Positions 38,011-47,793 are shown, numbered from the stretch's first letter. The stretch is 53,212 nucleotides of DNA from Holophagaceae bacterium (GCA_025350765.1 JANXXC010000221.1:1-53212); one strand, 5' to 3'. The notes: generated from the letters alone by a model not told the origin. Numbers and translations: made by a program.

Positions 38011-38406
38011 ATGATTCTCGGCCTCGGCACGGACCTCTGCCCACCCTCGCGGTGGAAGCATCTGGTGGAGCGATTCGGCGCGGAGAAATGTGCGCATAAA
38101 TTTCTTCACGCCGACGAAGCGGCCTACCTGCTCGGCGGCAATCGCGACCGCTTACCGGAGCGGCTGGCGGGTCGCTGGGCCCTGCGCGAAGCCTTCGGGA
38201 AGGCACTGGGGTCGGGCCTTTCAGGGTGGTCCTGGAAGTCCCTGCGTTACCTGAATGGGCGACTCTGGTCGGAGGGAGCTCTTGCCGAGCAGCTTCGGAA
38301 TCGAGGCATCACGCGGCTTCATGCCTCCGTGAGCCACGATGGCGACATCGCCATGTCCTTCGTGATTTTAGAGGGCGATTCAGAGCGCGGCGAGCGTCAC
38401 GATTAA
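38011..38406 (+). CDS. acpS: Holo-[acyl-carrier-protein] synthase
   Basis: Contains MILGLGTDLC...RWALREAFGKALG...SVSHDGDIAMSFVILE. Confidence 0.85.
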   Translation: MILGLGTDLCPPSRWKHLVERFGAEKCAHKFLHADEAAYLLGGNRDRLPERLAGRWALREAFGKALGSGLSGWSWKSLRYLNGRLWSEGALAEQLRNRGITRLHASVSHDGDIAMSFVILEGDSERGERHD

Positions 38407-38480
38407 TGTAGGCGGGGGCGGCACCCGATCCACCAGGCTTCGTCCACAAAGCGCCGGCGTGAGAAAAGCGAAAAAACAAA

Positions 38481-38571
38481 GGCCACGGATTTACCGGATT
38501 CACACGGATTTGTTATCTTCTGGTTTTTAAAAATCTGTGAAAATCCGCGCAATCCGTGGCTCGATTTTTTT
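38481..38571 (+). terminator. Long imperfect hairpin (~30-bp arms made of CACGGATT words) followed by T7; likely acpS terminator
   Basis: Left arm ggccacggatttaccggattcacacggattt, right arm aaatctgtgaaaatccgcgcaatccgtggc, then tcgattttttt. Confidence 0.5.
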
Positions 38572-38620
38572 GGTGAACTCGCGTTCCTATCGGATATTGC
38601 TTTGTGTCCTTCAAGCCATT

Positions 38621-38991
38621 TCCTGATTACCAATGATCCTCAGCCAATTTGCGCGCTTCCCCAACACCCTGGCCCGCACAGGATCGCGAGAAAAAGCGAG
38701 ACCCAGAGGTGAGATGGAAAAAGAAGCCACGGATTCACACAGATGTCCGTCATCGGAGCGCCGAGCGAAAATGGGTGTGGCGCTATCATCGCAATGTTTT
38801 TTGGAACCGCGAAAAACGCCAATGCACGCGAAAAAAATAAGCCACAAAGGACGCAGAGATCACAAAGAGTGCCTTTGTGTGCTTTGCGTACTTTGTGGCT
38901 GATTTAGTTTTTTTCAGTCTCGCGGTGGCTCAGGGCTTTTCGCGTGATTTGGCAGTAGGTTTTTTGGGCTGATGATTGTTGGTAATCAGGA
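38621..38991. mobile_element. Non-coding MITE-like element (371 bp) with 13-bp perfect inverted termini TCCTGATTACCAA, flanked by GCCATT direct repeats
   Basis: The termini are at 38621-33 and 38979-91. GCCATT occurs at 38615-20 and 38992-97. The subterminal TCAGCC motif is shared with the 20956 element. An internal hairpin GCCACAAAG (38841-49) / CTTTGTGGC (38891-99) is followed by a T-run. Confidence 0.45.
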
Positions 38992-39023
38992 GCCATTTTA
39001 TCTTTGGTGAATGTGGGTCGGCA

Positions 39024-39755
39024 TCAGAGGGTCCGGAATAGGGTCAGCACCCGGATTTCGGCGGCGCCCGCCTTCGTCAAGATTTGTGCGCAGCGCAGCA
39101 GCGTCGTGCCGGTGGTCCACACGTCATCCACCAGCAGAATGATCTTGCCTTCCACCTTTGCGCCGTCTCTCAACGCGAAGGTTTTTTGAGGGAGACGTCG
39201 TCGCTGATTTTCGGGACGGCCGGTTTGACGCGGGCTTCGCAGCGATTTACGCAACATCGGAACGAAAGGCCTTTCGAGGCGCTTAGCACTGAGTTTCGCC
39301 AGGTCCTCCGCCAAATCGAATCCACGACTCCATTTTCTCCAAGGATGGGCGGGCACGGCGGTGATGAGATCCACTTCCGCGGCGAAATCCGGCAATGGCA
39401 TCTTGGCCGCGCGACCTAGTAGCGCCGCCCGCCAGCCCCACTCCCCCGCCTTGATGCCGGGCATGAGCATGGCGCCAAAGGCGGGCCTTCCGCCGTGGTA
39501 ATCAAACAGCGCATCACCCCGGCTCCAGGCCACGGGCTCGGGGCATTCACGGTCCTCGCCGTGACTTAGGGCGCAGCGGATGCAACGGCCTTCAGGCAAA
39601 AGAATCAACCCCGACCAACAGCGGCCGCAGAGCCCGGCTTCGGAATGGTCTTCGAGGGCTCCCAAGCAGCCCCGGCAACGCAGGGCACAAGCGCGCAAAC
39701 GCAAAAAAGCTCCCAGGATCGGGAGCTTTTCTGGCGGCAAAAGCCGCAAGGTCAT
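39024..39755 (-). CDS. comF: ComF family protein (phosphoribosyltransferase domain, N-terminal Cys clusters)
   Basis: Contains CRGC...CGRC...CIRC and IILLVDDVWTTGTT. ATGA overlap with the permease stop. Confidence 0.8.
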   Translation of the reverse strand: MTLRLLPPEKLPILGAFLRLRACALRCRGCLGALEDHSEAGLCGRCWSGLILLPEGRCIRCALSHGEDRECPEPVAWSRGDALFDYHGGRPAFGAMLMPGIKAGEWGWRAALLGRAAKMPLPDFAAEVDLITAVPAHPWRKWSRGFDLAEDLAKLSAKRLERPFVPMLRKSLRSPRQTGRPENQRRRLPQKTFALRDGAKVEGKIILLVDDVWTTGTTLLRCAQILTKAGAAEIRVLTLFRTL

Positions 39756-41320
39756 GCGGCGGAACCGTTGTTGAGCTTGCTGTGATTCTTCCCATAGCCG
39801 AAGTAGATGAAAAACCCGATGATCAGCCAAACGATGAGGCGCAGCCAGGTGTCCTTCGGCAGATTTGACATCACCCAGATGCAGGCGAGGGCGCCAAGAC
39901 CGCCGATGATGACGGCCCCGGCAGTACCGCCAGGCACCTTGAAGGGACGGGCCACGTCGGGGTTGTTGATGCGGAGGATGGGCACGCCAACGCAAACCAG
40001 CACGAAGGCCAACAGGGTGCCGATGGAGACCAATTCACCCACGAGGCTCATGGGCATCAGGCCGCCGCAAATGGCCACAAAGACCCCCGTGACCACCGTG
40101 GCCCGATGGGGCGTTCCAAACTTGGCGTGGGTGGTGCCAAACCAAGGCAGCAGGCCGTCCTTGCTCATGGCGTAGAAGATGCGCGTCTGACCCATCATCA
40201 TCACGAGGATCACCGAAGTCAGGCCGCTGAGGGCGCCCAGCTTGACGAGGAAAGTAAATATTTTTGCGGCTCCCAAGCTCCAGTGCCGCAGGGCCACGAT
40301 CTTATCAATGCCCACCGCCACGGGATCCGAAACGCCCAGCAGCTTGTAGGGCACCACGCCCGTCAGCACCAGGGCCATCAGGATGTAGAGGATGGTGCAG
40401 ACCACCAGGGAACCGAGGATGCCGATGGGCAGGTCCCGCGTGGGGTTCTTGCATTCCTGCGCGGTGGTGGAAACCGCGTCGAACCCGATGTACGCGAAGA
40501 AGACCACGCCTGCGCCCGTGAACACGCCAGGCCAACCGTAGCTGATAATGTCTTTGCCCGCCCGCACGCTGGGGCCCACCGGGGGCACGAGGCTGGCGAG
40601 ACCCGTCGCGGCAGGGTTTCCGATCCAATTCGCGTGATCCACCACCGCCCAGCCGAGGATGATGAAGATCAGGACGATGGACACTTTCACGATGACGATG
40701 AGGTTGTTCACGAAGGCGGATTCCTTCATGCCCCGATACAGAATGGACGCGACGAGCAGCGCCACGAAGGTGGCGGGGATATTCCAAACCCCATGCACCT
40801 GGGTTCCATCGGAGAGCGTCACGAGATTGCCCCAGGGGCCCTCAGTGAAGCGCAGCATCCCATCGGACAGATGGATGCCAAGGGTTTTTTGGATCATGGA
40901 AAGGAAGTAGCCGGACCACGAAACCGATACGGTGACGGCGCCAAAGGCATATTCGAGAATCAAATCCCAGCCGATGATCCAGGCGATGAACTCGCCCATG
41001 GTGGCGTAACTATAGGCGTAGGCCGAGCCTGACACCGGCACCATGGCCGCCATCTCCGCGTAGCAAACGCCCGCCAAGGCGCAAAGGATGCCGCCGATGA
41101 CGAAGCTGTACACGATGCCGGGGCCTGCGTAATAAGCCGCGGCCGTGCCCGTGAGCGAGAAGATGCCCGCGCCGATGATGGCGCCGATGCCGAGCGTCGT
41201 GAGGTTGAAGGCGCCCAGGGTGCGCTTGAGCGTGCCTCCTTGCCCGCCTTCTCCGGCGTTGGGATCATTGGCGTCCGAGATGAGACGAGCCAAGTCTTTC
41301 TTAGCGAAAAGTCCCGACAT
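39752..41320 (-). CDS. APC-superfamily amino acid permease (cationic amino acid transporter-like)
   Basis: About 12-14 TM. Contains LKRTLGAFNLTTLGIGAIIGAGIF. AGGAGG lies upstream of the ATG at 41320. Confidence 0.9.
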   Translation of the reverse strand: MSGLFAKKDLARLISDANDPNAGEGGQGGTLKRTLGAFNLTTLGIGAIIGAGIFSLTGTAAAYYAGPGIVYSFVIGGILCALAGVCYAEMAAMVPVSGSAYAYSYATMGEFIAWIIGWDLILEYAFGAVTVSVSWSGYFLSMIQKTLGIHLSDGMLRFTEGPWGNLVTLSDGTQVHGVWNIPATFVALLVASILYRGMKESAFVNNLIVIVKVSIVLIFIILGWAVVDHANWIGNPAATGLASLVPPVGPSVRAGKDIISYGWPGVFTGAGVVFFAYIGFDAVSTTAQECKNPTRDLPIGILGSLVVCTILYILMALVLTGVVPYKLLGVSDPVAVGIDKIVALRHWSLGAAKIFTFLVKLGALSGLTSVILVMMMGQTRIFYAMSKDGLLPWFGTTHAKFGTPHRATVVTGVFVAICGGLMPMSLVGELVSIGTLLAFVLVCVGVPILRINNPDVARPFKVPGGTAGAVIIGGLGALACIWVMSNLPKDTWLRLIVWLIIGFFIYFGYGKNHSKLNNGSAA

Positions 41321-41488
41321 GAAGGAACCTCCTGAAACTGCGATATGGGGGGCTGACAATCTGGCAATGCTATCAGGGGATGGCCATAGGCCCAAGCGTT
41401 GCGAGGTAGGGGTAGGGGTCCCTACGCCAGGCCCGCCTTTGCGCCCGCGCCCAGACTAGGGCAGGCTTGTGCGATTCCTGGATTCCGA

Positions 41489-42964
41489 ATGCTCAAACCT
41501 TTGTGGGAAGACTTCGCGCCCTCCAAGCGCTGCGATTGGGTGGACCAGCTGCGCGGCCTCGCGGTGCTGGTGATGATGGAGGTCCACTGCGTCAACGTGT
41601 GGCTGAACCTGAAGCTGCGGCCCGAATGGCTCAACTATGTGAATGGTCTGGTGGCGCCCAGTTTCATGATGTGCGCGGGCTTCAGCCTAGTGTTATCGAC
41701 CTTTCGCGCCGATGGCACCTTGAGGCCCTTCAAGGACAGTTTCAAACGTTACCTTTTCATCCTAGCCTGCGCCTATGCGCTTCATGCGCCGGGCCTCACC
41801 TTGGCTGAATGGACGGTGCTAGCCACGCCGCATAAATGGCGCGAGCTTTTCAAAATTGACGTGATGCAGTGCATTGTCTATTCCCTGTTCATCCTGCAAG
41901 GGTTGGCGCGGGCCTTGAGGCGACCTCGGGCCTTCGCCTTCGTGGCGCTCGGGCTAGCCATCTACATCCCCCTTGTCTCGCCTTACCTTTGGGCCCATGG
42001 CATGGCGGATGGGCTCTGGTTGCCGGTGCGCGGGCTCTTTAATGGCAACGTTGACCGCGGGGTGCAGGCCCTTTTCCCGCTCTTCCCCTGGCTCGCCTTC
42101 GTGAGTTTCGGCGCTTTTTTGGGGGGCATGTACCGCCTTGCCAGACAAGACCATGAAGAGGGTGGGAAGGCCGCGTGGACCGAAGGCCGTTTCCTGCTCG
42201 CGCTTTTCACCCTGGGCTTCGTCCTGTGGCTCTGGGGCAGCCATGCGAAGGAGGGCTGGCTCTGGAAGGGGACGTGGGTGCAGGATTCCACGACCAAGGC
42301 TTGGCTATTGGACGGCCAGTGGAACTGGGATGAATTGAAGAACCTGCACAACACCACGCTGCCCAGCGTCGCGGACCGCCTGGGCTGGATCTGCATGGGT
42401 GGCGCGGCGCTGGGTTTCATCGAAGGCATGCGCCGCCACTTTAGGGGCGAGAACTGGATCGCTGCGTCCAGCAAAGAATCCCTGTTGCTCTACCTGCTGC
42501 ACCTCAACCTCATCTTCGGTGTGCTGCTCTCCCAGCCCGTGCTGAACGTCACGGGTCTTGACTGGAATACCCAGGGCTGGTCGGTGACCCTTGCGCTCAC
42601 GGCTCTGGTGATCGGCGCCAACATTGCCGTAGCCCTCGGATGGCAGCGGGTCCGCAGGGACGTGGACAAGATGAGGCGGCTCCAGCACCTGGGTGTTTCG
42701 GCCCTGGTCATTTGGTTCCTGGTGGGTGGCTGGTGGACCTTCCGCTACTACCTCCGCAGCCCCGAGCTGGCGCGGGAGCCTTACGTGTTCCTCGACGCCG
42801 CCCGAGCCCGGAAGCAGCTTCCCCCTACGCCCGACGGCCTGACTCGGGACGCCGATGAATATTTCCGCGAGGCCGCGCGACGGCGCGTGAACCTGAGTGA
42901 CGAAGCCAAGGTGAAGATCCGCGAGCAGATCCAGCGGCGAAGCCCGGCGGAAGGGGTTCGGTGA
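41489..42964 (+). CDS. DUF1624 (heparan-alpha-glucosaminide N-acetyltransferase-like) polytopic membrane protein with charged C-terminal tail
   Basis: Contains RCDWVDQLRGLAVLVMMEVH and multiple TMs. Confidence 0.65.
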   Translation: MLKPLWEDFAPSKRCDWVDQLRGLAVLVMMEVHCVNVWLNLKLRPEWLNYVNGLVAPSFMMCAGFSLVLSTFRADGTLRPFKDSFKRYLFILACAYALHAPGLTLAEWTVLATPHKWRELFKIDVMQCIVYSLFILQGLARALRRPRAFAFVALGLAIYIPLVSPYLWAHGMADGLWLPVRGLFNGNVDRGVQALFPLFPWLAFVSFGAFLGGMYRLARQDHEEGGKAAWTEGRFLLALFTLGFVLWLWGSHAKEGWLWKGTWVQDSTTKAWLLDGQWNWDELKNLHNTTLPSVADRLGWICMGGAALGFIEGMRRHFRGENWIAASSKESLLLYLLHLNLIFGVLLSQPVLNVTGLDWNTQGWSVTLALTALVIGANIAVALGWQRVRRDVDKMRRLQHLGVSALVIWFLVGGWWTFRYYLRSPELAREPYVFLDAARARKQLPPTPDGLTRDADEYFREAARRRVNLSDEAKVKIREQIQRRSPAEGVR

Positions 42965-43068
42965 AGCAGGTTCAATTTTTGATGTTCGATTTGTGGCGCG
43001 GACCTTTTCCCCTCACCACCTCGAACCTCGTCCCTCCTCCCTGCCCAAGCCCCTGATAACCTAATCCC

Positions 43069-44334
43069 GTGACCGACCCAAGCAGTAGCAGCATTCATCT
43101 CTGGCTCGGCTTTGCCGTGGCCGCGCTCCTGATCTACCGGGGGGTCATGGCCACGCTGCTGTCGGCCTACCACGCGCTGTCCTCCGTGCAGCGGCGGCGG
43201 CTGCTGGAGGAGGAGGCCATCGCGGATCCCCTGCTGGCGGGGCTTCTGGCGCGGCCCCATGTGCTGGGGATGGGACTTGGCCTCTGGAGCCAGGCTCTAC
43301 TGGCCTTACTACTGGTGTTCATCTGGCCCTTCCACGACGTGCTTCCAGGTGGAGGGTGGACCTTGGCGGCGGCGGCTCTGCTCTACGTCTGGGCCCTGGA
43401 TCTGGCGCTGCCCACGCTATTGACAGGTCGGAATCCCGCCACCTGGATCGTCCGCCTCTTTCCCCTGTACTCGCCTTTTCACCGGATTCTCGTGCCCCTG
43501 GTAGCGCCCGTCGCGAAAATATTCGAACGGCAGCGGGAGGAGCAGGACAAGGCCCGGGAAGACGAGGACGAGGACGCCACCGAGGATGCCGTGACGGCGT
43601 TGCTGGAAGAGGGCGAAGCCGAGGGCATTCTAGAGGAGACCGACAGCCTGCTCATCCGCAACGTGGTTAATTTTGGCGATACGGTGGTGCGCGAAGTGAT
43701 GACGCCGCGAACCTCCCTGGTGGCCCTGTCGGTCGAAGCCACCGCCAAGGAGGCCTGGACGGCCTTTCGCGAGAGCCGCCACTCCCGCATTCCTTTGTTC
43801 GAAGGCGGCATCGACAAAGTGGTGGGCGTTCTGCTGTTGAAGGATCTGCTGCAACATCCCGAGTCCGAATGCAAGGATCTGCGGGGTCTCATGAAGGCCG
43901 CGCAGTTCGTGCCCGAGAGCAAGCCCATCGAGGAATTGTTGCGAGACCTGCAGCGGGCCCGCGCCCAGATGGCCATCGTGGTAAACGAGTTCGGGGGCGT
44001 CTCCGGGCTGGTGACGGTGGAGGACCTGCTGGAAGAAGTCTTCGGCGAGATCCGCGACGAGCATGAAGGCGCCCCGGACATGGTGGAGCAGCAACCGGGA
44101 GTTTTCCTGGTCTCGGGCCACGTCCACGTGGAGGACCTCGAACAGCGCATGGGCCTTTCCTGGGAGCGTGGCGGCTTCGATACGGTGGCGGGCTTGGTAA
44201 TGGCGCGCCTGGGCCGGGTTCCCCAAGCCGGGGACCGGGTGCAGGCGGAGGGCGCCCTGCTGACCGTCACGCGCATGGAAGGCCCCCGCATCCTTCAGGT
44301 GAAGGTGGAGCGCACCAACGGGGCCGCGGCCTAA
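43069..44334 (+). CDS. Hemolysin/CNNM family protein (DUF21 + CBS pair + CorC_HlyC)
   Basis: Four TMs, then VREVMTPR, a CBS pair, and a C-terminal transporter-associated domain. Confidence 0.85.
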   Translation: MTDPSSSSIHLWLGFAVAALLIYRGVMATLLSAYHALSSVQRRRLLEEEAIADPLLAGLLARPHVLGMGLGLWSQALLALLLVFIWPFHDVLPGGGWTLAAAALLYVWALDLALPTLLTGRNPATWIVRLFPLYSPFHRILVPLVAPVAKIFERQREEQDKAREDEDEDATEDAVTALLEEGEAEGILEETDSLLIRNVVNFGDTVVREVMTPRTSLVALSVEATAKEAWTAFRESRHSRIPLFEGGIDKVVGVLLLKDLLQHPESECKDLRGLMKAAQFVPESKPIEELLRDLQRARAQMAIVVNEFGGVSGLVTVEDLLEEVFGEIRDEHEGAPDMVEQQPGVFLVSGHVHVEDLEQRMGLSWERGGFDTVAGLVMARLGRVPQAGDRVQAEGALLTVTRMEGPRILQVKVERTNGAAA

Positions 44335-45602
44335 TGTTGAAAAAATTTCTGGTGTGGTCGGCGATCCTCGCCCTGCCCATGGTGTTGATCGTGGTGCGGC
44401 GCCGGGAAAAGAGGCGCCTCACGCCCCAGCCTCGGGGCATGGTGCTGGGCCTTTATTCGGGCGAGCCGGATTACGACTACCGCGAGGAGCTGGATCGCAT
44501 CAAAGCCACGGGGGCCACCGGCGTGAGCCTTCAGGCCATCTACCGCATGGAGCGCCACGATAGCGTCGAGATCGTCCGCCATCCCACCAGCAGCCCCACC
44601 GATGAGGCCCTGCGGCGCACCTTCCGGCAAGCGAAAGTGCGCGGCCTGCGGATGATGTTCTTCCCCACCATCAACCTGCGGGACGAGGCGGATAAAGAGA
44701 AATGGTGGCGCGGGAACATCCGGCCCAGGGACTGGGACGCCTGGTGGAGGAACTACACGGCCTTCAACGTCCACCTCGCGGAACTGGCGCAACAGGGGGG
44801 CGTGGAATGGTTCAGTGTGGGCACTGAGATGGCGAGCACCCAATCCTATCCCGAGCGCTGGTGCGCCCTGGTGGCCGAGGTGCGAAAGGTCTTCCACGGA
44901 AAAATCGTCTACAGCGTGAACTTCGATAGCCACGATAGTTTCACCTTTGGCGATTGTCTCGATGTCATCGGCATCAACACCTACGACCCCATCGCCAAAT
45001 TCGATGAGTACCCCTCAAAAGTCCAGATCCGCGACGAATGGTGGTGGATCGTGAACAAGGCCCGCACCCTGCAAGCCCGGTTCCATCGTCCCGTGATGAT
45101 CACGGAGGTGGGCTATCCCTCCGTCGCCCATGCCCACGTGGGGCCCTGGGATTTCCGCACCGAGAAGCCCGTGGACCTTTCCTTGCAAAACGAGCTGCTG
45201 AAGGGGGCCTTCGGCGTGCTGCGCAACTGGTCTGATGGCGAAGCCGTTTTCTATTATCTCTATGGTGAGAACCTCAACCAGAAGCCCGTGGGCGGCCTCC
45301 AGGACCGCACCTACGCCATTTGGGGCAAGCCCGCCGAAGCGACCGTGCGGGACTATTTCGCCCTGCCCATTTTCGCAGGCCACATCCCGCCCAAACCCGA
45401 AGACATCCACAACGCGGTCATCCAGTCCCTGGTGGCGCAGAAGCGCAAGGAGCTTCGCTATGTCGACGGCAAGGTCGCGCCTTGGGCGGATCAATGGATG
45501 AAGGCGCATCCCGCGGATCGCGACGCGGCCGAGGCCATCCTGGCAAAGGAACCTAAGCCCGCCAAACAGATCCCGAAGGGGCGCGAGAGGAATGAGGGAT
45601 GA
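44334..45602 (+). CDS. Membrane-anchored TIM-barrel glycoside-hydrolase-like protein (clan GH-A-like)
   Basis: N-terminal TM, then candidate catalytic Glu contexts (WFSVGTEM and VMITEVGYP). The family assignment is uncertain. TAATG overlap with the upstream gene. Confidence 0.45.
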   Translation: MLKKFLVWSAILALPMVLIVVRRREKRRLTPQPRGMVLGLYSGEPDYDYREELDRIKATGATGVSLQAIYRMERHDSVEIVRHPTSSPTDEALRRTFRQAKVRGLRMMFFPTINLRDEADKEKWWRGNIRPRDWDAWWRNYTAFNVHLAELAQQGGVEWFSVGTEMASTQSYPERWCALVAEVRKVFHGKIVYSVNFDSHDSFTFGDCLDVIGINTYDPIAKFDEYPSKVQIRDEWWWIVNKARTLQARFHRPVMITEVGYPSVAHAHVGPWDFRTEKPVDLSLQNELLKGAFGVLRNWSDGEAVFYYLYGENLNQKPVGGLQDRTYAIWGKPAEATVRDYFALPIFAGHIPPKPEDIHNAVIQSLVAQKRKELRYVDGKVAPWADQWMKAHPADRDAAEAILAKEPKPAKQIPKGRERNEG

Positions 45603-45614
45603 GGTATGAGGTGT

Positions 45615-45665
45615 GAGGTGTGAGGTACGAGGCAAGCTGATCTTCCTCTTCCTACCTCACACCTC
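45615..45665. repeat. 13-bp inverted repeat hairpin (GAGGTGTGAGGTA / TACCTCACACCTC)
   Basis: Arms at 45615-27 and 45653-65. The 13-mer CCTCACACCTCGT (45655-67) also occurs at 31188-31200. Confidence 0.8.
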
Positions 45666-45701
45666 GTCCCTAGCCCCTGGAATGCGTTAACCTCTTCCCC
45701 C

Positions 45702-46451
45702 ATGGCCCTCCCTCGCAGCCCCTCCTCTGAGCCCGCTAAGGCCCCCTTGAAGATTGTTCTGTTCGTGGAGGACGAGGTCAGCACCCTGCGCTTCTATAGC
45801 GCCGGATTACGAGGGCTGCACGAGTTCAAGTTCCTGCTGGCGGAGAACGGCCAGCAGGCCCTGGATGCGCTGAAGGCCAACAACGTGGACGTGGTGGTGA
45901 CCGACCTGAGCATGCCGGTTATGGATGGCTTCACCCTCATCACCCGGCTCACGGCCAAATATCCGTCGATTCCCGTCCTGGTGGTATCCGCCATGTCTGA
46001 AACCAAGGCGGGGCAGGAGGCTCTGCAACTGGGCGCCCTGCGGGTTCTTTCAAAGCCCCCGCGCCTTTCCACCCTCATGGAGGAAATCCGCGCCGCCGCT
46101 CAACGGAAGGCCGAAGGGCTGGTCAAGGGGATCAGTCTGGGCAGCCTCTTGCAGCTGCTCAATTGGGAGCAAAAGACCTGCACCCTCACGGTCAAGAGCG
46201 AAGGCCGCGTGGGCATGATGTATCTGCGCCAGGGCGAGGTGGTGAGCGCCGCCTACCGGGAGCATGAAGGCATCGTCGCGGCCTACGAGATTTTGACTTG
46301 GGAGCTTCCGGAGATCGAATTCGTGGAGGCCTGCCGCATGGATCGCATCATTGACCTACCTGTGGCGGAATTGCTGATGAATGTGGCGATGATCACGGAT
46401 CATTCCACCCGTTCCGGCAAGGCCACCGAGCCTGGGAAACCCAAGCGTTAA
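45702..46451 (+). CDS. Response regulator (REC) with DUF4388-like C-terminal domain
   Basis: Contains VLFVEDE...VVVTDLSMPVMDG...SKP, then GISLGSLLQLLNWEQKTCTLTV...LRQGEVV. Confidence 0.7.
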   Translation: MALPRSPSSEPAKAPLKIVLFVEDEVSTLRFYSAGLRGLHEFKFLLAENGQQALDALKANNVDVVVTDLSMPVMDGFTLITRLTAKYPSIPVLVVSAMSETKAGQEALQLGALRVLSKPPRLSTLMEEIRAAAQRKAEGLVKGISLGSLLQLLNWEQKTCTLTVKSEGRVGMMYLRQGEVVSAAYREHEGIVAAYEILTWELPEIEFVEACRMDRIIDLPVAELLMNVAMITDHSTRSGKATEPGKPKR

Positions 46452-46587
46452 CGCATCGTGGTTGCCCGGCTCCAGAGTCCACTGGCGGATCGGCCAAACA
46501 ATCCAGGATAGCTGGAAGGAAATTTTTTTACACGACTTGAACTGAAAAGATTCTAGCGACAGCCTTAAGGTTCAGTCAGGAGAGCCC

Positions 46588-47733
46588 ATGCTCGCGAAGC
46601 CCCGCCTTCTGACCCCCGGCCCCACTCCACTCCTGCCGGAGGGTCTCTCAGCTCAATCCATGGCCACGGTCCATCATCGGACCCCGGCCTTCAAGGCTCT
46701 GTTCCGCAGCGCCCGAAAGGGTCTGCGCCGTTTCTACCGTCTGGAAGAGGGGGAAGAAGTGGTCCTCTTTTCCGGCAGCGGCACCGCCGCGCTGGAGGCT
46801 TCGCTGGTGAACGCAGCCAAGCCCGGAGATACGGTGCTGGTGGCCCACGCCGGGAAATTCGGCGAGCGATTTTTGAAGATCGCGAAAGCCTACGGGCTTT
46901 CGGTTTTGGAAATCCAAGCGCCCTACGGCGAAACCTTTTCCGAAGACCAAATCCGCGCTGTAGTACAAACAGCACCGAAGCTGGCGGCTGTTTGCATCCA
47001 GGAGCATGAGAGCAGCACCGGCGTGCGGCATCCCGTAAAAGCCCTGGCGGCGCGGGTACGAGAGCTCCAGCCGGAATGCCTGATCCTGGTGGATGGCATC
47101 ACGGGCGTGGGGGTTCATGACATAAAAATGAGCGATGGCCTTGATGCGCTGGTCTGCGGATCCCAAAAAGCCTTGGGGCTGCAACCGGGCCTGGCCTTTC
47201 TCGCCATGAGCCCCCGCTACCTCGCCCAGCTCGAAGGCCCGCACCTGCCGCGCTTCTATTTCGACATCCGCGCGGAATTGAAAGCCCACGCGGATAACGG
47301 AACCGCCTGGACGCCCGCCATCGGACTCGTCGCGGCCCTCGATGCCGCCTGCACCTGGCTGGATGGGATCGGCGGGGTGGAAGCGCTCATCGCCAATGCC
47401 ACCTTGCAAGCCACCGCCTTCCGCGCCGCCCTGAAGGAATGGGATCTCCCCTGCTTCGCCAAGGCTCCTGGCAACGCGCTGACGGGTGTAACCGTGGAGG
47501 GCTCCAGCGCAATCTTGAAAGCCCTTAGGGATAAGGCAGGCTTGAGTTTGGCCAATGGTCAGGGCGAGCTTGAAAATCACATGATCCGCGTCGCGCACTT
47601 GGGCTACGTGGACAGCCTCGACACCCTCATGGTCGTGAGCACTCTCGAAATGGCCTTCAAAGCCTTCGACGTGAAGATCGCCCGCAGCGGCTGCGAGGCC
47701 GCTCAAGAAGTGCTGGCCAATTCACTGAGATAA
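46588..47733 (+). CDS. Class V aminotransferase (serine-glyoxylate/phosphoserine aminotransferase-like)
   Basis: Starts LLTPGPTPL and carries the GSQKALG lysine motif. Adjacent to serA. Confidence 0.8.
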   Translation: MLAKPRLLTPGPTPLLPEGLSAQSMATVHHRTPAFKALFRSARKGLRRFYRLEEGEEVVLFSGSGTAALEASLVNAAKPGDTVLVAHAGKFGERFLKIAKAYGLSVLEIQAPYGETFSEDQIRAVVQTAPKLAAVCIQEHESSTGVRHPVKALAARVRELQPECLILVDGITGVGVHDIKMSDGLDALVCGSQKALGLQPGLAFLAMSPRYLAQLEGPHLPRFYFDIRAELKAHADNGTAWTPAIGLVAALDAACTWLDGIGGVEALIANATLQATAFRAALKEWDLPCFAKAPGNALTGVTVEGSSAILKALRDKAGLSLANGQGELENHMIRVAHLGYVDSLDTLMVVSTLEMAFKAFDVKIARSGCEAAQEVLANSLR

Positions 47734-47793
47734 CCGCGAAAAACACGAAATCACGCGAAACCTTTTGGCGCTTTTTCGCGTCTATTCGCGGTT
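47732..47793. repeat. Palindromic CGCGAAA-word element (stem AACCGCGAA / TTCGCGGTT)
   Basis: Arms at 47732-40 and 47785-93, with internal CGCGAAA/CACGAAA words at ~9-10 nt spacing and a T-rich tail. Confidence 0.8.

Noticed and set aside
38403-38902. ORFs 38403..38633 (-), 38611..38847 (-), 38633..38902 (+), 38640..38822 (-) and 38649..38840 (+) in the acpS/comF spacer.
   Set aside because: They are mutually overlapping with lower GC. Their translations are the low-complexity products of word repeats (for example KISHKGRRDHKECLCVLCVLCG). There is no start context.
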